Source: Candidatus Babeliales bacterium (GTDB lineage: Bacteria; Babelota; Babeliae; Babelales; JANWKD01). Taken from it: a DNA stretch of 64,000 nt. The stretch spans positions 416,001-480,000 of the forward strand of contig CAVXJH010000003.1 of the NCBI GenBank assembly GCA_963762115.1, in the 5' to 3' direction. The notes under the pieces are model-generated. The model was not told the DNA's origin. It did not search any database and saw only the letters and a list, made by a program, of their open reading frames with translations. Made by a program: the position numbers and the translations under genes. This document shows positions 1 to 12,749 of this stretch, piece after piece (position 1 is the first letter of the stretch; each line of letters starts with the position of its first letter).

Positions 1-2
1 TT

Positions 3-623
3 ACAAAGGCTATTTTCCCTGAACAATTACCTGCCAATATAAAAATATTTTTGTATCAAAATTTTATTAAGGAACTAATGCCTTTTTATACAAATGATAA
101 GAATAAAATAGACTTAAGAAATAATCCTTTATCTGCCGATGCTCATGAAAACATTAAAAAAGCCTTAATTCCACCGTTTTTTAAAAGAAACCGACATCAT
201 TTATATTTTTTTAAAGAAGCCTCTAAATCATTTTTATTTAATAGTTTAACTGGCGCAGGAATATCTACATGCTTTATTTGGGCACCTATAGGAATTATTC
301 GATCTTACAAATCTGAATATCCGGCCCCAAATACAATTACACAATCTATACTTTTCCATATATTGTTAGGCACAGTAAGCCCATCGTTTTACCTCTTTTT
401 AAAAACAGAACAGCTTTTGGGATTCGGAAATTCACCTTCATCAGCACATAAACATTTTTTACAATTTGTTGATAAATATGCTCTTGCAAGCAGCTTAATT
501 ATAGGAACTACATCTATTGCTTGGAAACTTTATAAAAATGAATTAACTGAATACAAAAAACACAAATACGTTCCAACAGCAAAGATTTTTACTGGTGACT
601 TCGATGAAAGTGCAGGCATATGA
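3..623 (+). CDS. LRR + C-terminal transmembrane protein, 5'-truncated by window; paralog of 620..2059
   Basis: Frame open from position 3; IDLRNNPLSADAHENIKKALIPPFF and AKIFT match the downstream paralog. Confidence 0.8.
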   Translation, partial: TKAIFPEQLPANIKIFLYQNFIKELMPFYTNDKNKIDLRNNPLSADAHENIKKALIPPFFKRNRHHLYFFKEASKSFLFNSLTGAGISTCFIWAPIGIIRSYKSEYPAPNTITQSILFHILLGTVSPSFYLFLKTEQLLGFGNSPSSAHKHFLQFVDKYALASSLIIGTTSIAWKLYKNELTEYKKHKYVPTAKIFTGDFDESAGI

Positions 624-2059
624 ATAAAAAAATTAGAATACTTCATTTTTTGATTCTAGTTTTTGCTTTAGCAAATATTTCGTTCTTACAAAGCATGAGA
701 CATCAAATAGTTCATGCATCTCCTGATGAAAAAATTATCGAAGATTATCATGGCACCATTTTTACCGTGCCTGCTTCAACAATAGAAAAGTGTGGTGGAT
801 TTTTTCAAACCCTTGCTGATTTTGATACCTTTTATTTTGAAACATCAGATATTTGGGATCAATTATTTAGTAGAAGATTTCCTAAAAGCGATATCAGTTT
901 TTTTCAAACGAAGGCAGCAGATACCCCTCTTTCAAAAGAAATTTTAAAAGCTACCTTTGAATGCATCACACCATTTTTTGAAGAAGTTAAATTACCTGAA
1001 GAAAAAAGTGAAAAAATTAAAGCGATAATCGAATCAATTGATAAGGATCACATTCGATCAATTTTTTCTGTAATAAATTATCTTGGCCCCCAAAAAGAAA
1101 AAGTAGCTAAAAAATTAGCTCAACGAATGAAAGCGATAATTCCATACGATGAATTAAAAGAAGATAATGAAATTGATGTTATTGTTTTATCGGGAATATA
1201 TGATAAAACAATACAAAAACTCCTTAAAAGGAAAAATCAATGGGGATTTTATAACCAACGGGTAGCCCAAGCTTTAGAGCTTAAAGGAATGAAGCTTGAC
1301 AACTTGAAAGGAATTGAAAAGATAACAATTGAAAGTGTTAGGCTATTATATCTTAACGATAATGCATTAAGAACACTTGATATTGCGTATCTAAAAAAAA
1401 AATTTCCAAAACTTACTTACATCAATGCAAGCAATAACTGCATTACCACTCTCATTCTTCCCTCTAAATTACAAGAGCGTTTAACCATCGAACTTAAAAA
1501 CAATTTAATTAAAGAACTGCCTACCTTTTCATTAGATGGTGATTGTACAATTAACCTAAAAGGTAATCCTTTATCAGAAGATGCCCATAAAAAAATTAGA
1601 AAAGCATTAACACCACCATTTTTTATAAAAAATAGGCATCATTTAATTTTTTGGGCAAATAACGCAGGATATTTAATACGCGGAGTATTCTTTGGTGGAC
1701 TCATTGGAATGCCATTAGGAACATCACTAGCAACTCTCTATTATTGCCCACGTACAACAATAATAGCAGGTATAGCACTTGGCTTGAGCGCATCCACTTC
1801 ATCAACAATAGCCCAAGCCATTCCTTATTTTATGATTGCTCCTTACCTGGCAATAAGGCTTAATCTTGACCCTGAGTTTTCAAATCATTGTACTGGCTTT
1901 GTACCATTTGTTCATAAATTTACTTTAGGAAGCAGTTTGGCCTTAGGATTTATTTCACTCATAAGTGAAACGAAAAATATTGCACGAGACTATGAACGAA
2001 ATAAATACATTCAACGAGCAAAAATTTTCACTGATGCCGATGATTCTGCAAAAAATTAA
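620..2059 (+). CDS. Secreted Skp1/BTB-like + leucine-rich repeat + transmembrane protein
   Basis: Signal peptide; LRRs (LRLLYLNDN-type: VRLLYLNDNALRTL, LTYINASNNCITTL, IELKNNLIKEL); hydrophobic C-terminus; ATGA overlap with previous gene. Confidence 0.75.
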   Translation: MNKKIRILHFLILVFALANISFLQSMRHQIVHASPDEKIIEDYHGTIFTVPASTIEKCGGFFQTLADFDTFYFETSDIWDQLFSRRFPKSDISFFQTKAADTPLSKEILKATFECITPFFEEVKLPEEKSEKIKAIIESIDKDHIRSIFSVINYLGPQKEKVAKKLAQRMKAIIPYDELKEDNEIDVIVLSGIYDKTIQKLLKRKNQWGFYNQRVAQALELKGMKLDNLKGIEKITIESVRLLYLNDNALRTLDIAYLKKKFPKLTYINASNNCITTLILPSKLQERLTIELKNNLIKELPTFSLDGDCTINLKGNPLSEDAHKKIRKALTPPFFIKNRHHLIFWANNAGYLIRGVFFGGLIGMPLGTSLATLYYCPRTTIIAGIALGLSASTSSTIAQAIPYFMIAPYLAIRLNLDPEFSNHCTGFVPFVHKFTLGSSLALGFISLISETKNIARDYERNKYIQRAKIFTDADDSAKN

Positions 2060-2076
2060 ACAATAAAATTCAGTTA

Positions 2077-3921
2077 TTATTCAACCGTAACCGATTTTGC
2101 TAAATTTCTAGGCTTATCAATAGGACAACCTAACTCTTTTGCAATTTGATAGACAAAGAATTGCATCAACCCCGTCATGGCCAATGGTGCAAGTAATCTG
2201 TGCACACGAGGAATGACAAAAAGCTGATCTGCCAACTGCATTAATTCTTCCTGCCCTTCAAAAGCAAAAATAACCAAATGCCCCTTGCGCGCTTTCACTT
2301 CTTGTGCATTTGAAACTAATTTAGGATACACAAGCGGATCTAAACTGGAAAATAAAAAGATGGGTGTTTCAGCATCAATCAAAGCAATTGGTCCATGTTT
2401 CAGTTCTCCGGCTGGATAACATTGCGCAAACATATACGAAATTTCTTTTAATTTTAACGCTGATTCCATAGCAAAAGGATAGCTAATATGCCGCCCCAAA
2501 AAAATACATTTTTTATACTGCGCATACCGTGCTGCCAAGGTGGAAATAATCTCAGCTTTATAATTTTCAATACTTATTTCTAATATTTGTGCTGCAACTA
2601 AAATATCACGACAGGCTTCATCCATGCTTGATGCTGGCAACAATCCCTTTTCTATGGCAATGCGATGAGCAAGCCAAAATAGGGTAACAATTTGTGTTGA
2701 AAATGCTTTGGTTGAAGCGACAGCGATTTCTTGACCGGCTTGCGTCACCAGGCAACCATGCGCTTCACGCGCAACGGTACTTGAAGCAACATTAGTAATA
2801 CCAATCGTTGGCAAACCATATGAATGCACCATACGTAATGCTTCAAGCGTATCGGCTGTTTCTCCTGATTGTGTAATGGCAATGTAAGCACCTTTATCAT
2901 CAGGAAAAAATGACATTAAACGAAATTCAGATGCTAACGCTACTTTTGCTGGAATTTTAGTAATTTCTTCAAAAAAGAATTGAGCAATACGTGCCGCATG
3001 CCAAGAAGTACCACAACCAATCATAGTGAGCGAGGTAAGATTTTTAACCTGTTCAATCGTAAGGCCCAATTGCGACCAAAGATCATCACCAAGATTTTGC
3101 AGAGAAGCAATTGTTTTTTGAATAACACATTTCTGCTCATAAATTTCTTTAAGCATAAAATGATCAAATTCTTTTTTTCCACTATCAATCCAACTTGTAT
3201 CAACTTCTTGCACAATAACAGGAAGCGATTTACCAGAAAAATCATACAATTCCACTTCATCTTTTTTTAAAACTGCGTAGGATTTGTCAGGTAAAAAAAC
3301 GACTCTATTTGTTTTGTCAGCAAATGCAAGCAAATCAGAAGAAACGAACATTTCATCATTGCCCATGCCAATGCAAAGTGGCGAACCACGACGAGCAATC
3401 AATAATTGGTCGGGAAATTCTTGGGAAATACAGACAAGTGCATAAGCACCTTCAAGGCGATTAACTAAAGCATTTACGGCTTCTTTGAAAGATTTTTTTT
3501 CAACGATAAGAGCTTCAAGGAGATGAGCAACAACTTCAGTATCTGTTTGTGACTCAAAACTATGCCCGCTTGCTAAAAGTTCTTGCTTGAGAGCACGATA
3601 ATTTTCAATGATACCATTATGAGCAATTGAGATTTTTTTGTGACAATCAAATTGAGGATGGGCATTTTCTGTTGAAATGGCACCGTGAGTGGCCCATCGC
3701 GTGTGACCTATACCAAGATGCCCATCAATCGGTTCAGCATCTAAACACTGAATAAGATTAGCTAAATAGCCAGTTGTTTTATGATATAAAATAGTATTAT
3801 CATTACCACTTAAACAAGAAAAACCTGCTGAATCATAACCACGATATTCAAGACGAGATAAGCCTTGAATAACATAGCCTCTGCTCCAACCATTTCCAAT
3901 GTATCCTGCTAAACCACACAT
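2077..3921 (-). CDS. glmS: Glutamine--fructose-6-phosphate aminotransferase
   Basis: MCG N-terminus, LEYRGYDSAG, GHTRWATHG, C-terminal PRNLAKSVTVE. Confidence 0.99.
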   Translation of the reverse strand: MCGLAGYIGNGWSRGYVIQGLSRLEYRGYDSAGFSCLSGNDNTILYHKTTGYLANLIQCLDAEPIDGHLGIGHTRWATHGAISTENAHPQFDCHKKISIAHNGIIENYRALKQELLASGHSFESQTDTEVVAHLLEALIVEKKSFKEAVNALVNRLEGAYALVCISQEFPDQLLIARRGSPLCIGMGNDEMFVSSDLLAFADKTNRVVFLPDKSYAVLKKDEVELYDFSGKSLPVIVQEVDTSWIDSGKKEFDHFMLKEIYEQKCVIQKTIASLQNLGDDLWSQLGLTIEQVKNLTSLTMIGCGTSWHAARIAQFFFEEITKIPAKVALASEFRLMSFFPDDKGAYIAITQSGETADTLEALRMVHSYGLPTIGITNVASSTVAREAHGCLVTQAGQEIAVASTKAFSTQIVTLFWLAHRIAIEKGLLPASSMDEACRDILVAAQILEISIENYKAEIISTLAARYAQYKKCIFLGRHISYPFAMESALKLKEISYMFAQCYPAGELKHGPIALIDAETPIFLFSSLDPLVYPKLVSNAQEVKARKGHLVIFAFEGQEELMQLADQLFVIPRVHRLLAPLAMTGLMQFFVYQIAKELGCPIDKPRNLAKSVTVE

Positions 3922-3982
3922 GACCTACTACTCCCTTTTTTGCTATTTTTAAAAATAGAGGTGAGCAAGAACAATAAAGAAA

Positions 3983-4444
3983 TTATCGCTTAACGAATTG
4001 GAATTTACGACGTGCTGCTTTTTGGCCGAATTTCTTTCGTTCTTTAAGACGAGCATCCACCGTTAAAAGTCCTGCCGCACGCAACGCCGGACGATCAGCT
4101 TCATTAAGCTTTACCAATGCTCGAGCAATGCCCAAACTTGCTGCGCCTGCTTGCGAATTAAGACCACCGCCATCAACATTAACAGAAGCATCATAATGCA
4201 ATGCAGAACTGAGAACAACAAATGGTTTATGAGCATTAATACGAGCAACGTCAGTATCAAAGTAGTGTTCGTAATTTTTGCCATTAACGATAATGTTGCC
4301 AGAACCTCTACGCAAATCAACGCGAGCTACTGAACTTTTGCGTCTTCCAACGCCATGCGCTAGAGGAGTACCTCTTTTAACTTTTTCACGCACTTTACCT
4401 GTTTGAACTTTTTTTACAGGTTTAACTTTTTTTGTTTCTTCCAT
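3983..4444 (-). CDS. rpsI: 30S ribosomal protein S9
   Basis: GRRKSSVARV, DARLKERKKFGQKAARRKFQFVKR; ATG at 4444 preferred over track start 4492. Confidence 0.97.
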   Translation of the reverse strand: MEETKKVKPVKKVQTGKVREKVKRGTPLAHGVGRRKSSVARVDLRRGSGNIIVNGKNYEHYFDTDVARINAHKPFVVLSSALHYDASVNVDGGGLNSQAGAASLGIARALVKLNEADRPALRAAGLLTVDARLKERKKFGQKAARRKFQFVKR

Positions 4445-4549
4445 GAACGGTTTATTAATCCTATTTTGAAAGGTTACTTTTTTAGAGAGCAATATAGCTT
4501 ATAATGCCAAAATCAAGAAAAAAGTCAAAGTAAACCCCTTAAATAATTT

Positions 4550-4625
4550 TGGAGCCGATGATCGGAGTCGAACCGACGACCTATTGATTACGAATCAATT
4601 GCTCTACCAACTGAGCTACATCGGC
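4550..4625 (-). tRNA. tRNA-Thr (CGT)
   Basis: Cloverleaf GCCGATG...CATCGGC, anticodon arm ATTGA-TTCGTAA-TCAAT, GGTTCGA T-loop, encoded CCA. Confidence 0.97.
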
Positions 4626-4687
4626 TTATTTTGTTGTATGGTAACAAAAAATAAGCTTTTTGTATAAATTTTTTTAAGAAAAGTATA

Positions 4688-5062
4688 TTAAGATTCTTTT
4701 TTTTCTTCTAATTGTTCTTGGCATAGTAAACAACGTGTTGCATTGGGATATAATTTAAGACGTTTTTCTGATATTGGTTGACCGCAATCATAACAAGTAC
4801 CATAGGTGCCATCTTCAATCATTTCTATTGCTTTAAGGATACGATTATATTCTTCTAGTTCTGCATCTTGTAAGGAAATTTTCAAGGTTTCCAGCGACGA
4901 TGAAGAAGCTTGATCTCCTATATCCTGCACTTCACCAGTAACTTTTTGAGAATAAAGTTCTGCAAGCTCAGTATCAAGTTCTTTTTTACGTTCAAGCAAA
5001 GCATTTTTTACTTCTTCAAACTGCTTTTTTTTTGATTCAGCTTGGTTTCTTTCATCACTCAC
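4688..5062 (-). CDS. DksA/TraR C4 zinc-finger family protein
   Basis: Coiled coil with DIGDQAS, then GTYGTCYDCGQPISEKRL...CLLCQ. Confidence 0.9.
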   Translation of the reverse strand: MSDERNQAESKKKQFEEVKNALLERKKELDTELAELYSQKVTGEVQDIGDQASSSSLETLKISLQDAELEEYNRILKAIEMIEDGTYGTCYDCGQPISEKRLKLYPNATRCLLCQEQLEEKKES

Positions 5063-5537
5063 TCTTTGATTTCCTTTTTTGTTTAAAAAACTTTTTTAAT
5101 AATGCCGATGCTTCTTGCTCACCAATGCCCCCTATGATGTGCAAAGTGTCTCTTCTATATACCTGAAGGGGACCACTATTGTCAAGATGATACCCAAAAA
5201 TTGGTGATTTCGCCCCAAAGACCAATCCTTGAAATCGGCTCATCAAAATCAGGTTCATGCACATTGAACAAGGCTCCAAAGTCACATATAACCAACATCC
5301 CTCAAGACGCCAATTGCCCATTTTCTTGCAAGCCTTTTCAATTGCCCTGATTTCAGCATGAGCAGTTTGCTGCTGACATTTCTCTACTAGGTTATAGGCA
5401 CGGCCAATGATTTTGCCATCAGATGAAACGATAACTGCCCCTATAGGAACCTCGTTCTTATCATAGGCTTTTTGGGCTTGCTTAAGGGCTTGGTGCATAT
5501 ATTTTGAGTGATTATCGACAGAAATAGTATTCTTCAT
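5055..5537 (-). CDS. tadA: tRNA adenosine(34) deaminase
   Basis: EVPIGAV, AHAEI, NWRL, TLEPCSMC; start uncertain. Confidence 0.9.
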   Translation of the reverse strand: MKNTISVDNHSKYMHQALKQAQKAYDKNEVPIGAVIVSSDGKIIGRAYNLVEKCQQQTAHAEIRAIEKACKKMGNWRLEGCWLYVTLEPCSMCMNLILMSRFQGLVFGAKSPIFGYHLDNSGPLQVYRRDTLHIIGGIGEQEASALLKKFFKQKRKSKSE

Positions 5538-5612
5538 AGAAAAAATTTTCAAAAAAATATTTATTGATATAATAAGAGAAAATCAAGGGATTTTATAACA
5601 AGTATACTCATT

Positions 5613-6054
5613 CTTAACATTTTAAGGAAATACGATGAATATTCAAAAAAACACTTTTATGTGGGCACTATTGATAGCTAACTTACTCTTTAATATGCCA
5701 ACTTTACTTAAAGCAGACATGCAAAACACTGAAGAAGCATTAAATAGCTTTGAAGAAACCTTGAACGCAGGCCACGAACAAACAAAATGCATAATGGAGT
5801 GTTTTTATAAACATCAAAAAGAATCAGATAAAATGGAATGTACAATGTGTTCACAAGAATGTGAAATGGCATATTTAAAAAAAATTATAGCAATTCAGAG
5901 AAAAAAAAATGAAGCTCTTCAGCAAAATAAATCTGATAAATCTAACTAACTTAACGTTTTAAGGAAATACGATGAATATTCAAAAAAACACTTTTATGTG
6001 GGCATTATTGGTAGCTAACTTGCTCTTTAATATGCCAACTTTACTTAAAGCAGA
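5613..6054 (+). repeat. ~105-bp direct repeat (5613..5717 / 5950..6054) covering RBS and signal peptide
   Basis: 4 mismatches counted by eye between the copies. Confidence 0.9.
5635..5949 (+). CDS. Small secreted twin-CX3C protein
   Basis: RBS AAGGA, signal peptide, CIMEC-x15-CSQEC. Confidence 0.75.
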   Translation: MNIQKNTFMWALLIANLLFNMPTLLKADMQNTEEALNSFEETLNAGHEQTKCIMECFYKHQKESDKMECTMCSQECEMAYLKKIIAIQRKKNEALQQNKSDKSN

Positions 6055-6307
6055 AAATAAAGAAACAAAAGAATATGATGAGCTACACAGTTCACTTGAA
6101 GCATTAAAAAATGATATAAAGGCATGTAAAGATGTTTCAGGGGAACTAGAACTTGTACTGAGTGCACACTTAGAAAAAGCATTTTGCAATCTTGAATGCG
6201 CATCTAAAAAACAAGATAAAACAATATGCCAGAACAAATGTGAAGTTGAACATTTAAGAAAAATTGTACATTTTTGGCAAAATAAAGTTAATAATTCTAA
6301 CAAATAA
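5972..6307 (+). CDS. Small secreted twin-CX3C protein, tandem paralog
   Basis: Near-identical leader to 5635; CNLEC-x9-CQNKC. Confidence 0.75.
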   Translation: MNIQKNTFMWALLVANLLFNMPTLLKAENKETKEYDELHSSLEALKNDIKACKDVSGELELVLSAHLEKAFCNLECASKKQDKTICQNKCEVEHLRKIVHFWQNKVNNSNK

Positions 6308-6774
6308 ATGCATTTTTTGTGTTAAGTATTTTACTTCTCTCAAAATATCTTAAAATAGATTCCCATCTTATTATTTTTCGGCCCTATGCGGGCAGCACAA
6401 AGGTATTGTTTGCCCAATACCTTTGATACAAGGGCACATAAGAGAATTCTCTTATGTATCTCTTTGACGCAAAAAAGTCGGACTTGATCATTACGTGCTC
6501 AAAGTCCTCCACCAGTTTTGCTAATGGGGAAATTTTTAATTTTATCCGATGACTTGCAATTGATAATTATCGTAGCATTACAACTGTCACCCTGAGCCAG
6601 TAGCTTAATTCCTACGGCAATAAAATTGTCTCTGAATAACAATCTTTTCTACATGATTTTATAACAATGCCCAAGCTACTGCTTAGCGATAATAGTCATT
6701 AATATTGTTCCGGTAGTGCGTTGTGCACCCGAAAGAATGATGCGCAGCATCATGATGTGTGGTGCATATACGCG

Positions 6775-8236
6775 CTACTCTTTACCCACATTTTTACTAT
6801 AATTAACGAGATACAGAGTTAATATATCAAAAAAAGAAAAGTAAAAAATGATTAAAGAATTGTGGGCAGCAAATGAGACTAATCGTATGTCATTAAAAGA
6901 TAAACGCAGAAATGAAAGAGTTAGAATACTTCTAGAGGCCGTTGCCGATAGCCCATCAGCAAGCATTTTACAAGCTTGCAACGGAGAAAATGCACAAGCA
7001 AAAGGTGCTTATCGTTTTCTTGCCACAACAGAAATTGATGAACAAGATATTCTCGAAGGACATTATCAAGCAACCGTCGAAAGAGCTGAAAATGCTGATG
7101 GAAAAGTCATTATTGTTAGCGATGGCATGGATGCATCTTTTAAAAATCTTAAAAAAACTTCAGGGTTAGGAACTCTATCTAATACAAAAAGTTCACTTGG
7201 AATAAAAGTTCAAAATACGTATGTATTTAGTGAAAATTTTATTCCATTAGGGCTAATAAATCAAAAGTATTGGATACGCAATAAAGAAGATTTTGGCAAA
7301 AAAAAACATAAGCTAAGGTTGCCTACAAAGGAAAAAGAATCTTATAATTGGATTGAATCAATTTATCAAATAGAAAAAAAGCTTCCTATAAATAAAAGCT
7401 ATTTATTTATAGGTGATGGTGGTGCCGATATTTATGATTTATTAACAGCAGAAAGGCGTGTAAATAGCGATTTACTCATTCATCTTGTGCAAAATAGAAA
7501 TATACAGAACGAAGAAGAGCGTCTCTTTGAATTGCTGGAAAAACAATCAGTATTAGGCGTTATAACGAAAGAATTAGAACGTACAAAAACTCATTCTAAG
7601 AGAACTGCAAAGTTAGCGATTAGAGTCAAAGAAGTCGAAATTTGTTCTCCTTTAAATCGAAAAAATGAAAAATTACCAACCATACATTTAACAGCGATTT
7701 ATGTGCAAGAAATAGAATATGACAACTCAGTAAATGATCCAATAGTATGGCGACTTATTACTACGATTAAAGTTCAATCATTGGAAGAAGCTGAAAAGCT
7801 TATTGCCCTTTACTCAAAACGTTGGCTCATTGAACGCTATCATTATATTTTAAAAGAAGGTTGTCGCATAGAAAAATTTCAAATGGAATCGGTTGATAAC
7901 CTAAAAAGAACCTTGGCTGTTTACTCAATTGCTGCCTGGCGTTTAATTTATATCACTTATCTTGCAAGAATTAAACCTGATGCCCCATGTAATTTAATTC
8001 TTACAACCGATGAAGCTGATGCGTTATATTGCACGCATCATAAAACTCTTACATTGCCCCCCAAATCTTTTTCTGTTAAAGAAGCAACTCAAATGATAGC
8101 AAAATTAGGAGGTTTTCTTGGCAGGAAAAACGATAAAGATCCTGGTGCAAAAGTTTTGTGGCAGGGATTATTTCGGCTAGAAGCCATTACACAAGCTTAT
8201 CTTTTATTTAAAGAACTAAATGTGGGTAAAGAGTAG
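6775..8236 (+). mobile_element. IS4-family (IS50/Tn5-like) insertion sequence, 1462 bp
   Basis: Perfect 19-bp TIRs ctactctttacccacattt (6775..6793 / 8218..8236); 10-bp TSD catatacgcg at 6765..6774 and 8237..8246. Confidence 0.97.
6848..8236 (+). CDS. IS4-family DDE transposase
   Basis: AYRFL, KESYNW, GDGGADIY, YREK motif YSKRWLIERYHYILK, LGGFLGRKND.DPG...LW.G; stop codon is the last 3 nt of the right TIR. Confidence 0.96.
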   Translation: MIKELWAANETNRMSLKDKRRNERVRILLEAVADSPSASILQACNGENAQAKGAYRFLATTEIDEQDILEGHYQATVERAENADGKVIIVSDGMDASFKNLKKTSGLGTLSNTKSSLGIKVQNTYVFSENFIPLGLINQKYWIRNKEDFGKKKHKLRLPTKEKESYNWIESIYQIEKKLPINKSYLFIGDGGADIYDLLTAERRVNSDLLIHLVQNRNIQNEEERLFELLEKQSVLGVITKELERTKTHSKRTAKLAIRVKEVEICSPLNRKNEKLPTIHLTAIYVQEIEYDNSVNDPIVWRLITTIKVQSLEEAEKLIALYSKRWLIERYHYILKEGCRIEKFQMESVDNLKRTLAVYSIAAWRLIYITYLARIKPDAPCNLILTTDEADALYCTHHKTLTLPPKSFSVKEATQMIAKLGGFLGRKNDKDPGAKVLWQGLFRLEAITQAYLLFKELNVGKE

Positions 8237-8382
8237 CATATACGCGCGGGAAAAATGATCCAACGGAACGTTGGTGCACTTGTATCCAATGTATTGTGCA
8301 AGCAATACATTGGTGCTGCCCGCATAGGGCCGATAGATAATAAAGATTTTGATTTTTAATTCTAAGGAACTAATTTTATTAT

Positions 8383-8411
8383 CTGGATCCCCACGCTACG
8401 CTCGGGAAGAC
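8383..8411. repeat. Single REP/RPE-like palindromic unit
   Basis: ctggatccccacgctacgctcgggaagac: GC-rich hairpin in AT-rich DNA resembling CTGGATCCCC...GGGATGAC-type palindromic repeats. Confidence 0.45.
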
Positions 8412-8590
8412 AATTCTGCACATTAAGCTCTCATTAAATTAATAAAATTCGATGGAAAGCCGCAAAAATACAAAAAATATTTTTCACAATTTCATTTCAT
8501 AGTAATACCTTGTAAAAAAATAGAAAAATAATCTAAATTCTTTTATACTAAGCGTAATTGAATTTATAGTTTTTATACCAACTTCGTTAA

Positions 8591-11607
<3,017 letters not shown>

Positions 11608-11663
11608 ATTCCCCCTTTAAACCAGTAAATAAATGCCATTAATCAAAAATATACATAATACAA

Positions 11664-11691
11664 TTGACTTTTATCAATAATATTTTATAAT
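11664..11691 (+). promoter_or_regulatory. sigma70-like promoter for the 11.7-16.5 kb array
   Basis: TTGACT-16-TATAAT. Confidence 0.5.
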
Positions 11692-11740
11692 TGAATATAA
11701 TTACAATGATTTATCTTATTTTAATAAAAGGGACAAAGAT

Positions 11741-12700
11741 ATGAAATCACTATTTCTTAAAGGTTTAAACCTGTTATTTGCAGTTGCACTCTTTGCAACA
11801 ATAAATACATATGCAATGGAACAACAAGAAGAAGTTGCAGAGCCTATTTCTGCTCAAGCGCAAACTGATAATGTTATTGAACGTATGTATAATGCTTTTA
11901 GCAAACAACTTGATGAAAGATTTCCAGAAGCACCTACAAATTTTTATGAAGCAATTGTACGCCTTCAAAGCATTGCAAAATTACTTGAAAAATCTGAGAT
12001 TGAACTCTGTGAAAATTTCAACGCTACACAAGAAAGTTGTATAATAAATGGCATTGAACAACCATATCATATGCTTCATCCAATTTTTAAACATTGGTTT
12101 CAAAGCGCTTGCAACAAAACTCTTCTTGAACATACAAAATCTATTGAAGCAATTGATCTAATATTTGATTTATTAAGTAAAATAACAACAGAGAACAATA
12201 TCGAAAATTACAAAAAAGCAATTGAATCTTTGCCCCATGTTATTGCTGAATATATCAAAGAAGAATTTATTGAAATGCATGGCTGGAAATATAAAAATAA
12301 AGGCTGGCTGACTGACTTTAAACCTCAAATGACTTTTGATGATAATGAAAACATGATAAATGTCGAATTTATTAAAGATAATTATCATGTTCGTGGATAT
12401 TATTTGAAAGCAATCGATCAACCAATAATCGTTGTAATTAATTTAAATAATGGAACATATCCCTATATGGCGTTTAACGCTCATGCAACATTACCACCAA
12501 TGCTTTCAGACCTTTTGAACAATTTTTTTCATATTCCATTACCAGAAAGCGGTGTTTACCCTCCACTTTGGGAAAAACCAACATTTGAACAATCATTAAA
12601 AAATTGTATCCAAGAAAACGCTAAAACATTAATAGGAAAAATAAAAAGACAAATCCAATCAACATTTTATTCTTTTAGCGAATTTATGGATCGATTTTAA
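11741..12700 (+). CDS. Secreted putative effector, domain-B family
   Basis: A|MEQ leader; PTNFYEAIVRLQ...QPYHMLHPIFKHWF...PPLWEKPTF shared with next gene. Confidence 0.8.
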   Translation: MKSLFLKGLNLLFAVALFATINTYAMEQQEEVAEPISAQAQTDNVIERMYNAFSKQLDERFPEAPTNFYEAIVRLQSIAKLLEKSEIELCENFNATQESCIINGIEQPYHMLHPIFKHWFQSACNKTLLEHTKSIEAIDLIFDLLSKITTENNIENYKKAIESLPHVIAEYIKEEFIEMHGWKYKNKGWLTDFKPQMTFDDNENMINVEFIKDNYHVRGYYLKAIDQPIIVVINLNNGTYPYMAFNAHATLPPMLSDLLNNFFHIPLPESGVYPPLWEKPTFEQSLKNCIQENAKTLIGKIKRQIQSTFYSFSEFMDRF

Positions 12701-12749
12701 TGAAACATAATAAAAAAACTCTTATTTTTTAATTAGAACGTAGAGGAAT

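Larger units (their letters stand above)
6368..8343. repeat. ~70-bp imperfect inverted repeats (6368..6437 and 8274..8343) bounding a ~500-bp non-coding cassette interrupted by the IS
   Basis: tcggccctatgcgggcagcac...gatacaag(g/t)gcac on opposite strands; each copy holds an 11-bp hairpin. Confidence 0.9.

Noticed and set aside
3922..3982. glmS ribozyme upstream of glmS
   Set aside because: Only ~60 nt between rpsI and glmS; too short and no recognisable core
6438..6774. RAYT/TnpA or other gene inside the inverted-repeat cassette
   Set aside because: The frames I translated across the reconstructed empty site contain multiple stops and no HUH motif
6775..6981. 68-aa minus-strand ORF ending NVGKE like the transposase
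   Set aside because: The identical ending is just the left TIR read on the other strand
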